Positions 39,101-47,724 of a stretch of DNA of 61,517 bases are shown in pieces. The notes under the pieces were generated by a model. That model was not told the DNA's origin. It made no database searches and was given only the letters and a program-made list of their open reading frames with translations. The translations under genes were made by a program, and so were the position numbers. Every line of letters starts with the position of its first letter. Within the stretch, counting starts at the first letter, position 1. Source of the DNA: a virus (Duplodnaviria; Caudoviricetes); the IMG/VR virus record IMGVR_UViG_3300030389_004959, positions 1-61,517 of that record. One strand, given 5' to 3'.

Positions 39101-40410
39101 TCATCGTCGCGAAAAACGGAATGATTTACAACGCGGACCAAGTTGCGGAACTTTCGAATCTTTACGGCCTAAACTCAAGTTTCATTACGGCTGAAACCCA
39201 ACGTTCGATGGCAGACGATGTACAAAACTACCTGAGGGAAAACCCAACCCTTTTACAAAAAGGCAGTAAATACGGCAGTGCTTGGAACGATTACTTGGCC
39301 GACTGCGCTACTGCAATCGACAACTTTTATCGCGTATCTATTTTCGTCGATCAACTAAATGACGGTATTGCTCCAAGTCAGGCGGCATCTTTGGCTCGTC
39401 GAGCTGCGTTCGACTATGGAGCTCTGACCGACTTTGAAAAGAAGTTCATGCGTCAGTTCATTATGTTTTACAGCTATCTAAGCAAAAACATGGAACTGTT
39501 TTACGACACGATGATGACCGAACCCAGTCGAGTCACCAATCAACTACGATTGTCAAACGGTCTTCAAAGGGCAACATTGGAGGACGATCCCCAACTCGTC
39601 TTGCCTGCTTGGTTCCAGCCAAGAGCAATGGTAGGCATGCGAGATGCTTTGACAAATACACATGCAATCGACAGTCGTATGTATGTCATGCCTCCAATCC
39701 CTATCACAGACAGTTTGTTGACAATTCTTGACGTGTACGACACTGTGCGAGGCGATGAAGAATCAGTTCGGAAACTGTTTGCAAAACAGACACCGTGGGT
39801 GCAAGCGTTCGCTATCTCTGCTCTCAAGGTCGACCCATTCTATGGCACCGAAATTGATCGATACAACAAGGTTCCACCGTGGCTCATGGAGTTCGATTTG
39901 GCTATTACAGGTGGATTCCTTCGAAGGACACTGAAGGTTCGCAAAGAGACTCATCGAAACAATCGATTGAGGATTCTTGAAGGTGACGAGGATCGACAAT
40001 ATTTTCGAGCACACGAGGGAGTCGCTTGGTGGTACTTCAGGAATATGCTTCAGGTGCCGGGTGCAGGACGTTCAATGTTGGTGATCGACCAGTTGGATCG
40101 AACAAATCTTGGCGTAGTTGAAGGCATGACTGAGTTGCTTCGAACTCTTCGTGTACGAGCGGAGGAGGCTGGTCTTGCAGATGAACGAGAGTTTGAGTTC
40201 TTGGAAGGTGATACCGCTGATCCGAGAGTAGGATTCGATGTAGTTGACGAGTTTCTTGGCTTGTTTGGTATTCGAACACAACTTGTTCCGAACGCGGATT
40301 TTGCTCGAGCTCGAATATTGCAAGACATCAACATGACATATAAGAAGAAGTATCCACAATCTCAGGATCCGCTTGAGCAAGCACTCGAAAAGATCATAAT
40401 CGTCGAATAG
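33163..40410 (+). CDS. Giant internal virion/ejection protein (about 2415 aa)
   Basis: GGAG RBS before GTG 33163; glycine zipper near aa 1930-1965; C-terminal AAFDYGALTDFEKKFMRQFIMFYSY motif typical of large ejection proteins. Confidence 0.7.
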   Translation: MAEETDTFLEVFGPAPTTPASDDDLLMESMISPVSVEEPAEEIEVEVEPTPSETPNVLTAEESLRKIRRRGRRAPVGFERRPETMASGAEESSYRKIRDHVFQGQRNEGKSVKESYDIARKTANHAFLYGLLDDPPLEDFEPPTGIVQATGRVLARRRLIDTKDAGDAQSSAEKRMADVRKQERAYRALIEEEGSMAALAKAWSSGPKMTQEEADAAGIDIAGRQEFFGRDLAEGVDPEVGFLEDPYIPYGLKNIPNLIERAAIKTNIPNMFANLFLEEDEKQAFIKETNLALPTENFERIVEIVELNSERGKTDEETKKELKNQLAFALTMQSFRDLPSGFQVKEPSIDAFEAEVTANPDFFVESPHEPLANAAKLVLDKADKKKIQFELNRVALGYMPNSVIAGSIPSTVNLIDEAVASARRVIKAKGEAGKASRVLAQRFADTTFSTEKINDEVMVVENTFGKVMRMLGLFTEGVAELDVTGGTRAEDVNELLRSFGFGESTIQKRMDITKRYGVPLPGPDFLMTLPFLPASRDFYYNYGIRDIESTWLSRVLGNLATGSVGNTVHMTDEARKDGFERGDSEFHTKLFIGGSLDFIVPWEKLHIGPVAHATKAAARGRQLVKLLNAPGYKTRAFLAGASPALYDRLYNVSERAQLALDYIQSRVGKKPTVEKLQRILDEDDLAQQAVGKKQPLPKVQDGRQVEGLTLNERNFAEDLVRRMEGGQSFRAAFEDIKKGYKPDVFETAADVATAVTRHVMETDESLYLFSRGKPGSPNYKAGIIPWQLEPQIERAMGVSGIKYADVKAALKNDIGGAATGYLEGLRALRNSGSDLDTLDLRTSEPYLKFRKGLESLVKSGEMTPEQKVVLLAIMETRAHNSAAATIFRTIKEPEDFFKNAKIKTSRVKNADGSTGPTNVRIVVGKKTADINLKSVDKFIDILKADDNLSMRRLFGGDNELLIDLMGKAWTSRFIGRFDNVENSNKAQKMTTNMLSDDGRKAAEEKLRAIIEASGRLSTDTVIMRELYANLASVYGRTGEAFKKAALTKSKIIKLDNLLKPDQFFKNAAVVLNRGRPRRPGTIVRVSNDFAERVTGEIKRAAGTKRVFADIDVNPEYVRQSMGVTKRTTQIDAPDALARAVGYVVAETMKKSEQQRALSGMALTRLTPATFAARKNVKVIRSRVNGRMAAVLGIQKRSALTGNVYLDAKNLKEMADSKTQTLTLSQGQQDAFKVFLQRLASEPFVANKIPDELVGPNGRVDQISFKNYNRVVELVTDVEASSFSRRTVYTEAIPRSLAYALLGSMRAKGADIVRATGFLEDQIAFVRSKFFLDDPLRMVRPELKEVIEAEIAKLQQTRSEVVKLIRDARRADPDASIEQIFDMLRNQLETDMRITMDKVDLIVGEYDLVTGKPGKKGMLHILNEFTQSEISRVNRDFAKSQKKQAPSFREGEQAIVEGTDIIEEPGARAKYTMFVPPNISRIQYLTRNTTRSMLQHLCDTGGINGISERVSTALQILEGYSSAKGMTKADLAKLSDQDRVMIASAIMTIRDQLTEHATYLKHRGGKILSSLAGKRFNLDQVPEFKSGTNSTAAAAAAYKAFHRGGDGFRILYDTMIRYAAEVGADPEKMARYSPAQAYLEMVVRLMAEDKILGMYDQLIKVGMPGARENYRIPRRKISPTGAEYSIETPHAFHIRVRNYMDMIFNRSRDIREQIELPDGRIITREAGGPGADYPTAAFERFHRRFDSDPEKFEDLDAALAAEEALVRFGVRTQSAGEALTEIVFPDGSVTYGPAGIKQFIDDAIERTAAVGFSYDTVISNRLSIEEFGAPFAPEIQKTGRVRSFASAASAFRTLQDMFPISFSMIKRGITTGIFVPIPAYYAANFLGGALQLVTAVNPVKAASMLVKNPKMVGAVMARMFGDGEQFSSTAGGAIGAITGGVAGGLAAGPLGAVAGVVGGAAGGGFTGRKIGRGYQPFGNHIIVAKNGMIYNADQVAELSNLYGLNSSFITAETQRSMADDVQNYLRENPTLLQKGSKYGSAWNDYLADCATAIDNFYRVSIFVDQLNDGIAPSQAASLARRAAFDYGALTDFEKKFMRQFIMFYSYLSKNMELFYDTMMTEPSRVTNQLRLSNGLQRATLEDDPQLVLPAWFQPRAMVGMRDALTNTHAIDSRMYVMPPIPITDSLLTILDVYDTVRGDEESVRKLFAKQTPWVQAFAISALKVDPFYGTEIDRYNKVPPWLMEFDLAITGGFLRRTLKVRKETHRNNRLRILEGDEDRQYFRAHEGVAWWYFRNMLQVPGAGRSMLVIDQLDRTNLGVVEGMTELLRTLRVRAEEAGLADEREFEFLEGDTADPRVGFDVVDEFLGLFGIRTQLVPNADFARARILQDINMTYKKKYPQSQDPLEQALEKIIIVE

Positions 40411-40499
40411 TTTTCATAAGTCGGCCATCGGTTACCGCTTAATGCAAAACCATGATACTATTTTTTCGCAACCTTACCCTTCCCCATATGGAGTAAACA

Positions 40500-41249
40500 A
40501 TGTCTCAAATCCCTGAACTTATGGGCGGTCGTCGCCTTTCTCATGACGCAGTAAGCGACAAAGGCTTTTACACGACTGGAGTCGGAGGAAAAGTTCAAAT
40601 CTTCTCTGATTTTATTGGAAATGGCGCACTGCCTCTTGCGGGTGCGACTGGCTCTGGGGCGTCGTTGTTCGTCAATCACGATACATCTTCCTCAGGCGCT
40701 CCGACATTCGATCACTTGGCTTTGGCTGACGGTGTTTATCGGATGAAGTTCTCTAACACTGATGAAGATCAAGAGTTGGCATTGTACCTTGGCGATGATT
40801 GCTGCATTCCTCCGACCAAGAATCCAATTTTTGAGGCTCGATGCAAGATTACCGGAACTTTGAGCGCCGATGATCGAATCGTTATTGGTCTCGCATCTGC
40901 TCGAAACGCAACGCTCGACAACATCGTTGACCATGTTTGGTTTCGAATCGAAGGCAGCGTGAACATTTTGGCAGAAGGTGACGACGGCACAACCGACAAC
41001 GATGACAACGATACTGGTGTCGATTTTACCTCTGGTACATTTCACACTTTCAAAATCGATATGAGTGATTTGGAAGACGTGAAATATTTTGTAGATGGAT
41101 CCCAGTGCACCCTGCCTGAAAAGATCAACGTAAGCCAAATGGCTGCGGGCGATCTTCTTCAGCCATACATTGAGATTCAGAAGGATGCTGGCACTGTAGA
41201 GCATTCTATCGATGTAGATTATATCTCGGTGCTTTGGGACCGAAGCTAA
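40500..41249 (+). CDS. Beta-sandwich (ConA/LamG-like) structural protein
   Basis: FSDFIG, FEARCK, DTGVD.....FHTFKID......VKYFVDG, IDVDYI. Confidence 0.55.
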   Translation: MSQIPELMGGRRLSHDAVSDKGFYTTGVGGKVQIFSDFIGNGALPLAGATGSGASLFVNHDTSSSGAPTFDHLALADGVYRMKFSNTDEDQELALYLGDDCCIPPTKNPIFEARCKITGTLSADDRIVIGLASARNATLDNIVDHVWFRIEGSVNILAEGDDGTTDNDDNDTGVDFTSGTFHTFKIDMSDLEDVKYFVDGSQCTLPEKINVSQMAAGDLLQPYIEIQKDAGTVEHSIDVDYISVLWDRS

Positions 41250-41267
41250 TCCTGAACCACTGATTCG

Positions 41268-41285
41268 GGGGGCTTCAATGCCCCC
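41268..41285 (+). terminator. Small hairpin
   Basis: GGGGGC-TTCAAT-GCCCCC after the stop at 41249. Confidence 0.4.
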
Positions 41286-41311
41286 TCAATCCCTTCCCTT
41301 TGGAGGCTGGC

Positions 41312-41776
41312 ATGGCTTCAGGTTTTATCAAAAATCGCACAACGCCCACCATCACAAAAACTGGTGGTTTTTCAAGTGCGATTGAAATCGGAAAAACTCA
41401 ATCCGGTGATGATGGTCACGATGCACGTTCAAGACCTTTGCCGGGTTCTGGTTCATTGTCTCATGTCGATTTTATTTTCAGTGGGGCTGACTCCGGTTCT
41501 GTTCTCAAGTTCGATTTGAGACTGACCTACGACTCGGCGGGCAGGGATCCCGTCCTTCCTCCACTTGCTGCACAAACAACAAAAAATGGCCGTGTATCTC
41601 CCAATGTCAAAATGCAAGTCATTGACATGGGGGTTCGGTTTTTCTTTACAGCTCCGTCAACTCAGACAACGGCTGGAAGCATTTATGCATTTGTAAACGC
41701 ATCGTCTTTGACCGGTGACTCGGACAATCAAGTTGTTGTTGATACCATCCGAGTCCACTGGAACGATAAAGTCTAA
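41312..41776 (+). CDS. Hypothetical structural protein
   Basis: GGAGG RBS before ATG 41312. Confidence 0.65.
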   Translation: MASGFIKNRTTPTITKTGGFSSAIEIGKTQSGDDGHDARSRPLPGSGSLSHVDFIFSGADSGSVLKFDLRLTYDSAGRDPVLPPLAAQTTKNGRVSPNVKMQVIDMGVRFFFTAPSTQTTAGSIYAFVNASSLTGDSDNQVVVDTIRVHWNDKV

Positions 41777-41787
41777 GGAGCTCCGCA

Positions 41788-44070
41788 GTGGCTAATTTCT
41801 TCAAAAGCGATTTGGTGATTGACACATTGAACACCAATGGTGATGTCGTCATTGATGGAGACCTGACTGTAAACGGAGACACAACCACCGTTTCCACTAC
41901 AAACAGTGTCATTGCCGATAAGCTTATTGAGTTGGCAAACGGCACAACTGGTTCCGCATCCGGGGACGCGGGTATTATCATCGAGCGGGGTGACGATACA
42001 AACGTCTTCATCGGGTTCGACGAAAGTGAGGACAAGGTCACGTTTGCCACCACCTCCGCCACGGGCGCTTCTACTGGTGACCTCACACTCACTGACGCGG
42101 CCCTCAAGACTGGCGCAATCACGTCTTCTGGTGTTGTGACTGCCACAGGTTTTACGATCGGCAGCGCAGCAATCACCGAAACAGAGCTTGAGATTCTGGA
42201 TGGGGCAACACTGAGCACTGCGGAACTCAACAAGCTTGATGGCTCAACGGCCGGAACAGTTGTCGCCTCCAAAGCCGTCACGGTCGACACCAACAAAGAC
42301 ATTACTGGGTTCCGCAACGTCACGCTCACAGGCGAGTTGGATGCTGGATCGCTAGACATCAGTGGTGATGCGGACATCGACGGCACGCTTGAAGCAGACG
42401 CCATAACGGTGGGTGGCACCGCATTGAACACGGTAATTGCGGGTGTAACCGTTACTACTGCGACGAACGCCACCAACGCAACGAATGCGACGAATGCAAC
42501 GAACGCATCGCATGTCCTTGTCACAGACAATGAGAGCGCCAACGAAGAGAACCTGATTACTTTTGTTGAAGACGCAACGAGCAGCACGGGCAACGTTGGT
42601 CTGGAGATGGATGGCAACCTGACCTACAACCCGAGCACTGGGACACTGTCCAGCACAGTGTTTTCCGGCAGCGGCGCCAGTCTAACGACACTCAATGGGT
42701 CAAACATTTCATCTGGTACAATTGCGGCAGCCCGAGTCGCCACTCTGAATCAAGACACGACAGGCACGGCTGCTATTGCGACCACCGTAACCGTTGCTGA
42801 CGAATCATCCGACACCACATGCTTCCCATTGTTTGTGACGACAGCAACAGGAGATCAAGCACCAAAAAGTGGCAGCAACCTCACGTTCAACTCATCAAAC
42901 GGAACGCTTACTGCGTCAGAGTTTTCGGGTGGTGGTTCGGCCATCACGGGACTTGACGGTTCAAACATTGGTTCAGGCACGGTCAACGCGGCTCGCATGG
43001 CCGCAGCCCAGACTGCGATTACATCGCTCGTGAACACCAGTCTTGAGATCGGTAGGGACGCGGACAACCGGATTAAGTTCGGCTTAGACAATCAGATTAT
43101 CTTTGAGGTTGATGGTGGCGACAATGTCATCTTCAAGACTGGTGGGGAGATCGAGGCGACATCATTGGACATCAGCGGCGATGTCGATGTGGACGGCACG
43201 CTTGAGGCGGACGCCATCACTGTTAACGGTGCCGCGTTGGCAGCTTCTGCCACAACGGACACGACCAATGCCGCCAACATCGGGTCGGGCACGCTGGCCG
43301 CAGCTCGCATGGCCGCAGATCAAACCGGCATCGGGTCCATCAAAAACACTGCGCTAGTCGTTGGTCGGGACAATGACAACCTGATCGACTTTGCAACCGA
43401 CAACGAAGTCAAGGTACGAGTCAACGGTGCTGACCTTGTCAGTATTACAGGAGGCAGTTCTCTGCCGAACGTGTCGGCCACGGCAACATCCGGCACAAAC
43501 CAAGACGGTAAGAGCATCACGCTCGGTGGCGGGCTGGGCACCGGAACTGGTTTACCCGGCTCTGTCGAGATTACGTCTGGTATTCCGACATCGAGCGGCA
43601 GCAACGCGCATACGGCAACGCCGGTTGCGATCTTCGATACTTTCGGTGTCACCAGCAACTTCGGCGGCGTTGCAAACTTGGCGAACGACACCGGCGTTGG
43701 GGAGGTCGTCTTTTTTGGAACCGAAGACGCTAACGACTCGCTCGCAGCCGGGCGCCTGATGTATCTGCACCCAGGGGGGACATGGAAGTATGCGGATGCA
43801 GACGCTGTAGGTTCCACAAATTCCCTTATTGGTATTGCACTGGGTGACGCCATCAGCGCAGGGATTCTGCTGAAAGGATTTTTCAAACTGAACAGCTACA
43901 TCGAAGGCACGTTCGCGGCTGGGCAACCCTGCTACGTCAGTGAGGCCGCATCAGAGATTGATTTCACGGCTCCATCGGCTGCGGGAGACCACGTTCGCAT
44001 CGTTGGGTATGGAACAGCCACCACGAACGTCATCTACTTCAATCCGTCATCCACAACCATTACGCTCTAA
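41788..44070 (+). CDS. Tail (or head) fibre protein with internal repeats
   Basis: Thr/Gly/Ala/Ser-rich; GDLTVNGDTTTVSTTN; SLDISGD.D.DGTLEADAITV twice; SNI.SGT..AAR three times; (ATN)5. Confidence 0.85.
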   Translation: MANFFKSDLVIDTLNTNGDVVIDGDLTVNGDTTTVSTTNSVIADKLIELANGTTGSASGDAGIIIERGDDTNVFIGFDESEDKVTFATTSATGASTGDLTLTDAALKTGAITSSGVVTATGFTIGSAAITETELEILDGATLSTAELNKLDGSTAGTVVASKAVTVDTNKDITGFRNVTLTGELDAGSLDISGDADIDGTLEADAITVGGTALNTVIAGVTVTTATNATNATNATNATNASHVLVTDNESANEENLITFVEDATSSTGNVGLEMDGNLTYNPSTGTLSSTVFSGSGASLTTLNGSNISSGTIAAARVATLNQDTTGTAAIATTVTVADESSDTTCFPLFVTTATGDQAPKSGSNLTFNSSNGTLTASEFSGGGSAITGLDGSNIGSGTVNAARMAAAQTAITSLVNTSLEIGRDADNRIKFGLDNQIIFEVDGGDNVIFKTGGEIEATSLDISGDVDVDGTLEADAITVNGAALAASATTDTTNAANIGSGTLAAARMAADQTGIGSIKNTALVVGRDNDNLIDFATDNEVKVRVNGADLVSITGGSSLPNVSATATSGTNQDGKSITLGGGLGTGTGLPGSVEITSGIPTSSGSNAHTATPVAIFDTFGVTSNFGGVANLANDTGVGEVVFFGTEDANDSLAAGRLMYLHPGGTWKYADADAVGSTNSLIGIALGDAISAGILLKGFFKLNSYIEGTFAAGQPCYVSEAASEIDFTAPSAAGDHVRIVGYGTATTNVIYFNPSSTTITL

Positions 44071-44073
44071 CAA

Positions 44074-45249
44074 ATGCCTGATTACACAAAAGTCAACGAC
44101 GTTGCAGCCGCAGACATTGTTGAGATCAACGGGGTAGCTTACGCGTCGATCGCAGAATGCAATGGTCTGACGTCGCCATCGTTGGGCGCTACCCGTTGGG
44201 TGATTGGTGCGGACGATGCATTGATTGCCCACGCCGCAAACAGCGACCGAACATCGTGGACAACCTACGACAGCATCGCCAGCGCAGACACCAACGACAA
44301 CGACTTCGACATTGCATTTGGAAAAGACAACAGTGGAAATGGCATTTACATTTGCACACGGGACGGTGGAGCGCGTGAGCTTCAGGTATCAGGCACCGAT
44401 GTGACCTCGACCGCCTCTTGGACCGACGTTTCGACCAACGCGGCAGCAGAAGGTGGAGGAGCAACCAGCAAAAAGAACATCATGCAGATTTTGTGGGGTG
44501 CTCGATCGGATGGAACCGTTTCCGGTACTTGGATGGCTGTTGGTCACCAAGGAGACGAAGACATCTATCGATCTACGGATGGAGGCGCCAACTGGAGCGC
44601 AATCGATCTTTCGAGCCTTTCAGGTCACAGTAGCAGCGTTTTTATCAATGGAATTGCTAGCGATGGATTAGGGAAGTGGGCCTTCGCTCAAGCCAATCGT
44701 TTTTACTACAGCACGAACGATGGTGCTTCCTTTGCTGTGTCAACTCCTTTTAGTAGTGGGCAAGGCAAAGGAGTCCCCGGACGAATCCATGCGATTATAT
44801 TCACTAACAACTCTTGGGTGATCATGTACAGCAACAGCTCGCAGATCCACGTCCGCTCCTGTGCTGCGTCTGATATCACTGATTGGGGAGACGAAGTTCG
44901 ACTGAACAATCTTTTGCACATGTCGAGCAATGGAGACAAGGGGCAGATGGCTGCCGACGCTTCAGGTCGTGTAGTTGCAACAACGAACAGGAACGAAGCT
45001 GATCTGTACTACTTCGATGTAAATGGCAAGGTTATCAGCAACAGCAACCTTGTGACTTTGAGCATGTCCAGTGACAATATTCGAGATGTTGCGACCGATG
45101 GATCAACATGGCTGCTCGCTTGTACCGATGGTGATGTTTGGGAGTCCACAAACGCCGGTGCATCGTGGAGTCAGATTGCCGATAATCAAGGCGCAGACAG
45201 TTCAGATGACTTCACATCTGTTACGTGCGACGTAGTCCTACCCCTCTAA
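44074..45249 (+). CDS. BNR/Asp-box beta-propeller, probable receptor-binding protein
   Basis: YRSTDGGANWS, YYSTNDGASF, WESTNAGASWS Asp-boxes. Confidence 0.8.
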   Translation: MPDYTKVNDVAAADIVEINGVAYASIAECNGLTSPSLGATRWVIGADDALIAHAANSDRTSWTTYDSIASADTNDNDFDIAFGKDNSGNGIYICTRDGGARELQVSGTDVTSTASWTDVSTNAAAEGGGATSKKNIMQILWGARSDGTVSGTWMAVGHQGDEDIYRSTDGGANWSAIDLSSLSGHSSSVFINGIASDGLGKWAFAQANRFYYSTNDGASFAVSTPFSSGQGKGVPGRIHAIIFTNNSWVIMYSNSSQIHVRSCAASDITDWGDEVRLNNLLHMSSNGDKGQMAADASGRVVATTNRNEADLYYFDVNGKVISNSNLVTLSMSSDNIRDVATDGSTWLLACTDGDVWESTNAGASWSQIADNQGADSSDDFTSVTCDVVLPL

Positions 45250-45268
45250 ATTTTATTAGGAGCGAATC

Positions 45269-45649
45269 ATGGCAATGACACCCGAACAAGAGCAACAACT
45301 CGAAATCATTGAAGAGCGATTGAAAGCCAAAGGCGCGACTCTCACGCCAGCTCAGAAAGCGGTTCTAATGAAAAGTCCGTCGATGATGGAGTTGATGGGT
45401 AAAAAGCCACCGTCAAACATGATGCCAAAACCAAAAATGCAACAGACCGGCAAGGCAATGAAGGACATCAATCCAGATAAAGAGGCCGGTCCTGCGAAAG
45501 ATTTGCCTGACTTCCCTCAACGGCTTGCAGAAGATTCAGCCACAAGGGCACAAGCTCTTCAAGAAATGGAAGAAGAAAAAAGGCGCAGGGAAGGAGTTCG
45601 ACAACTTCAAGAGTCCGCTAAAAAAGAAGAAGAGGCTATGAACCGATAG
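45269..45649 (+). CDS. Hypothetical protein
   Basis: AGGAG RBS; Met/Lys/Glu-rich. Confidence 0.7.
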   Translation: MAMTPEQEQQLEIIEERLKAKGATLTPAQKAVLMKSPSMMELMGKKPPSNMMPKPKMQQTGKAMKDINPDKEAGPAKDLPDFPQRLAEDSATRAQALQEMEEEKRRREGVRQLQESAKKEEEAMNR

Positions 45650-46021
45650 ATGGCACTGTCGAAGACCAAGTTTGAGGATGCTTTTGACTACAAAGTCATA
45701 CATGAAACGGTGTGCAACAATACCGCAATTGTGAACGCGTCTTCGGAGCCGGGATTCATACATTCCATAACTTTGACCAACGCAATCAACAGCGCAGCGT
45801 ATTTCAAGTTTTTTGACGCCGCATCTGTGACAATGGGCACGACCGTTGCAGATCTTGTTTTGCGGGTTGCTGCGAGTAGCACGACGGTGTTCAGCATTCC
45901 TGATGGATTGCCTTTTACGTTTTTAAGTTTTGCATGCACCGTAAACCCAAATCCACAAGACAACACAGCTTTGACCGCCAACAGCGGTGAAACAGTGGAC
46001 GTCAAGATTGTCTGCACTTGA
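45650..46021 (+). CDS. Small beta-rich protein, paralog A1
   Basis: Aligns by eye with 57081-57446. Confidence 0.75.
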   Translation: MALSKTKFEDAFDYKVIHETVCNNTAIVNASSEPGFIHSITLTNAINSAAYFKFFDAASVTMGTTVADLVLRVAASSTTVFSIPDGLPFTFLSFACTVNPNPQDNTALTANSGETVDVKIVCT

Positions 46022-46027
46022 GGATCC

Positions 46028-46420
46028 ATGTCTACAGCAACATCAACAAGCGCAGTTACCGAACTCGGCGGCAAGTATGTGCTCGATCGGACGTGCACAG
46101 GTGCCAACGGCGCAAGCACGAATGTGACGGGTGGCACAGGGAGTATTTTTCTGATTCAAATCAATAACGAGGCCAACTCATCTGCATCGTTTTTGAAGAT
46201 TCGCGACAATACGACAGCCACCCCCGGAACGACGACAGCAAACGGCGCCGGTACCCCAGATTTTACGTTCAAGGCCCCGGCGCACAGTAAAATTACCTAT
46301 GCTATTCCCGGTGGAGCCGCGTTCGGTTCGGGCTTATCGATGTGGTGTGTAACGGGAACAGAGGTTGGAAACTCATCAGACCCTGCCTCGAGTGTCATCG
46401 TCAAACTGATTACAAGCTAA
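46028..46420 (+). CDS. Small beta-rich protein, paralog B1
   Basis: Aligns by eye with 57454-57822 and with A1/A2. Confidence 0.75.
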   Translation: MSTATSTSAVTELGGKYVLDRTCTGANGASTNVTGGTGSIFLIQINNEANSSASFLKIRDNTTATPGTTTANGAGTPDFTFKAPAHSKITYAIPGGAAFGSGLSMWCVTGTEVGNSSDPASSVIVKLITS

Positions 46421-46422
46421 CC

Positions 46423-46827
46423 ATGAGTGAGATTTGGAAAATGGAACCTGTGACTTTGACAGCAATCGCCATTCTGGCCGCTCTCGGGGCTGGGTTTGGT
46501 GCGGGATGGGGTCTGAAGCCTGATGCTGGAGCAAAAGCGATTGAAGCCCAAACAGAAGCGATTGCTGAGCTCAACAGCGGTAATCAAGAGTTGGTTGCCA
46601 AAGTTCAACAAGTCGCAGTCACAAATGCAGAGAAAGAAGCGTCGATTGCTGAAAAACTGACCGACGTTCCCCCACCTTGCGTTCCAGATTTAGGGGGAGA
46701 CCCCATGTCTATGCAGTGCATGTGGGCTCTTTGTATTAGAACAGGTGAAACAGATAGGCAACGATGCGAGCCTGCAAAGTTGACCGATCAACTATTGAGT
46801 TCATATAGTTGTCCTGAACCTGATTGA
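46423..46827 (+). CDS. Membrane-anchored coiled-coil protein with Cys-rich C-terminus (spanin-like?)
   Basis: LTAIAILAALGAGFGAGWGL TM segment, coiled coil, five Cys. Confidence 0.5.
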   Translation: MSEIWKMEPVTLTAIAILAALGAGFGAGWGLKPDAGAKAIEAQTEAIAELNSGNQELVAKVQQVAVTNAEKEASIAEKLTDVPPPCVPDLGGDPMSMQCMWALCIRTGETDRQRCEPAKLTDQLLSSYSCPEPD

Positions 46828-46838
46828 TTGGAGCTGAC

Positions 46839-47135
46839 ATGGATATGAAAGACTTCGCAGTGCCGGGAATGACAGTTATTTTTGCGGCTGGTGTGTCGTT
46901 TGCCTCATTCGAATCGTCTGCTCAAGATGTCGAGGACTTGAGTCAACGACTCAATGCAGTCGAATCGAGCGTGGGTAAGCAAGAGGTCGTCGATGTTAAA
47001 ATTGAAGGTATTGAAAAACGTCTTGATAAAATGGAAGACATTGTTCAAAAGATGCTGGACATTCAGCAGCGGCAGGCTGTCAACATCGCACAAATCTGCC
47101 AAGCAACCAACGCCAACTGCAGTAGTGGTAACTGA
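46839..47135 (+). CDS. Membrane-anchored coiled-coil protein
   Basis: GGAG RBS; hydrophobic N-terminus then heptads IEKRLDKMEDIV. Confidence 0.6.
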   Translation: MDMKDFAVPGMTVIFAAGVSFASFESSAQDVEDLSQRLNAVESSVGKQEVVDVKIEGIEKRLDKMEDIVQKMLDIQQRQAVNIAQICQATNANCSSGN

Positions 47136-47136
47136 T

Positions 47137-47724
47137 ATGCATCCCGATATTCTGGACTACGCGAAATCCTTAGGCCACACCGTGTTTTTGAACGGTGAAT
47201 ACAACATCAACATCATCGGTATCCGCAGTGCGAATCACGAACCAAATCGTTTCGACGATACGATTCATTGTGTATACAAGGATGAGGATGGTGATTGGAT
47301 TCAAAAGTCTTGGCCCTGTACAACAGAACCGGGCAAGTATTGGCTCGAGAATCCAACCAATGTGAACGGAACTGCCGTTTTGGTTCCCGGTCAGTATCGC
47401 AGCGTTTGGAAGATTGACCTGCATCAAGGAAAGTACGAGGCTCTGTGTCAGCGTAACGGCACTGTGAAGGTCTATCGAGACGACAACAAAGACGACATCA
47501 TTGACTGTGACCCTGACAGCATCAGTGAGGGTTACTTCGGCATCAATATCCACAAGGCAGGAGCGCATTCCACTCAAATCGATAAGTGGTCTGCAGGATG
47601 CCAAGTGTTTGCCAACGAGTCTGACTTTGACGAGTTTATGGACGTCTGTCGTAAAGCGCGAGACAAGTGGGGCAACGCATTTTCCTACACGTTGATTCTT
47701 GAAGATGAGAAAGGCTTGGTCTGA
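47137..47724 (+). CDS. Putative endolysin with L,D-transpeptidase (YkuD)-like His/Cys motif
   Basis: CTTEPG, LVPGQY, FGINIHKAG......WSAGCQVF; flanked by holin-like genes. Confidence 0.65.
   Translation: MHPDILDYAKSLGHTVFLNGEYNINIIGIRSANHEPNRFDDTIHCVYKDEDGDWIQKSWPCTTEPGKYWLENPTNVNGTAVLVPGQYRSVWKIDLHQGKYEALCQRNGTVKVYRDDNKDDIIDCDPDSISEGYFGINIHKAGAHSTQIDKWSAGCQVFANESDFDEFMDVCRKARDKWGNAFSYTLILEDEKGLV

Noticed and set aside
41646-42617. 323-aa Ser/Val-rich antisense ORF
   Set aside because: Antisense of the repetitive Thr/Asp-rich fibre gene
41788-45249. Diversity-generating retroelement or invertase acting on the fibre
   Set aside because: No reverse transcriptase or recombinase and no adenine-specific repeat pair; repeats are diverged at protein level
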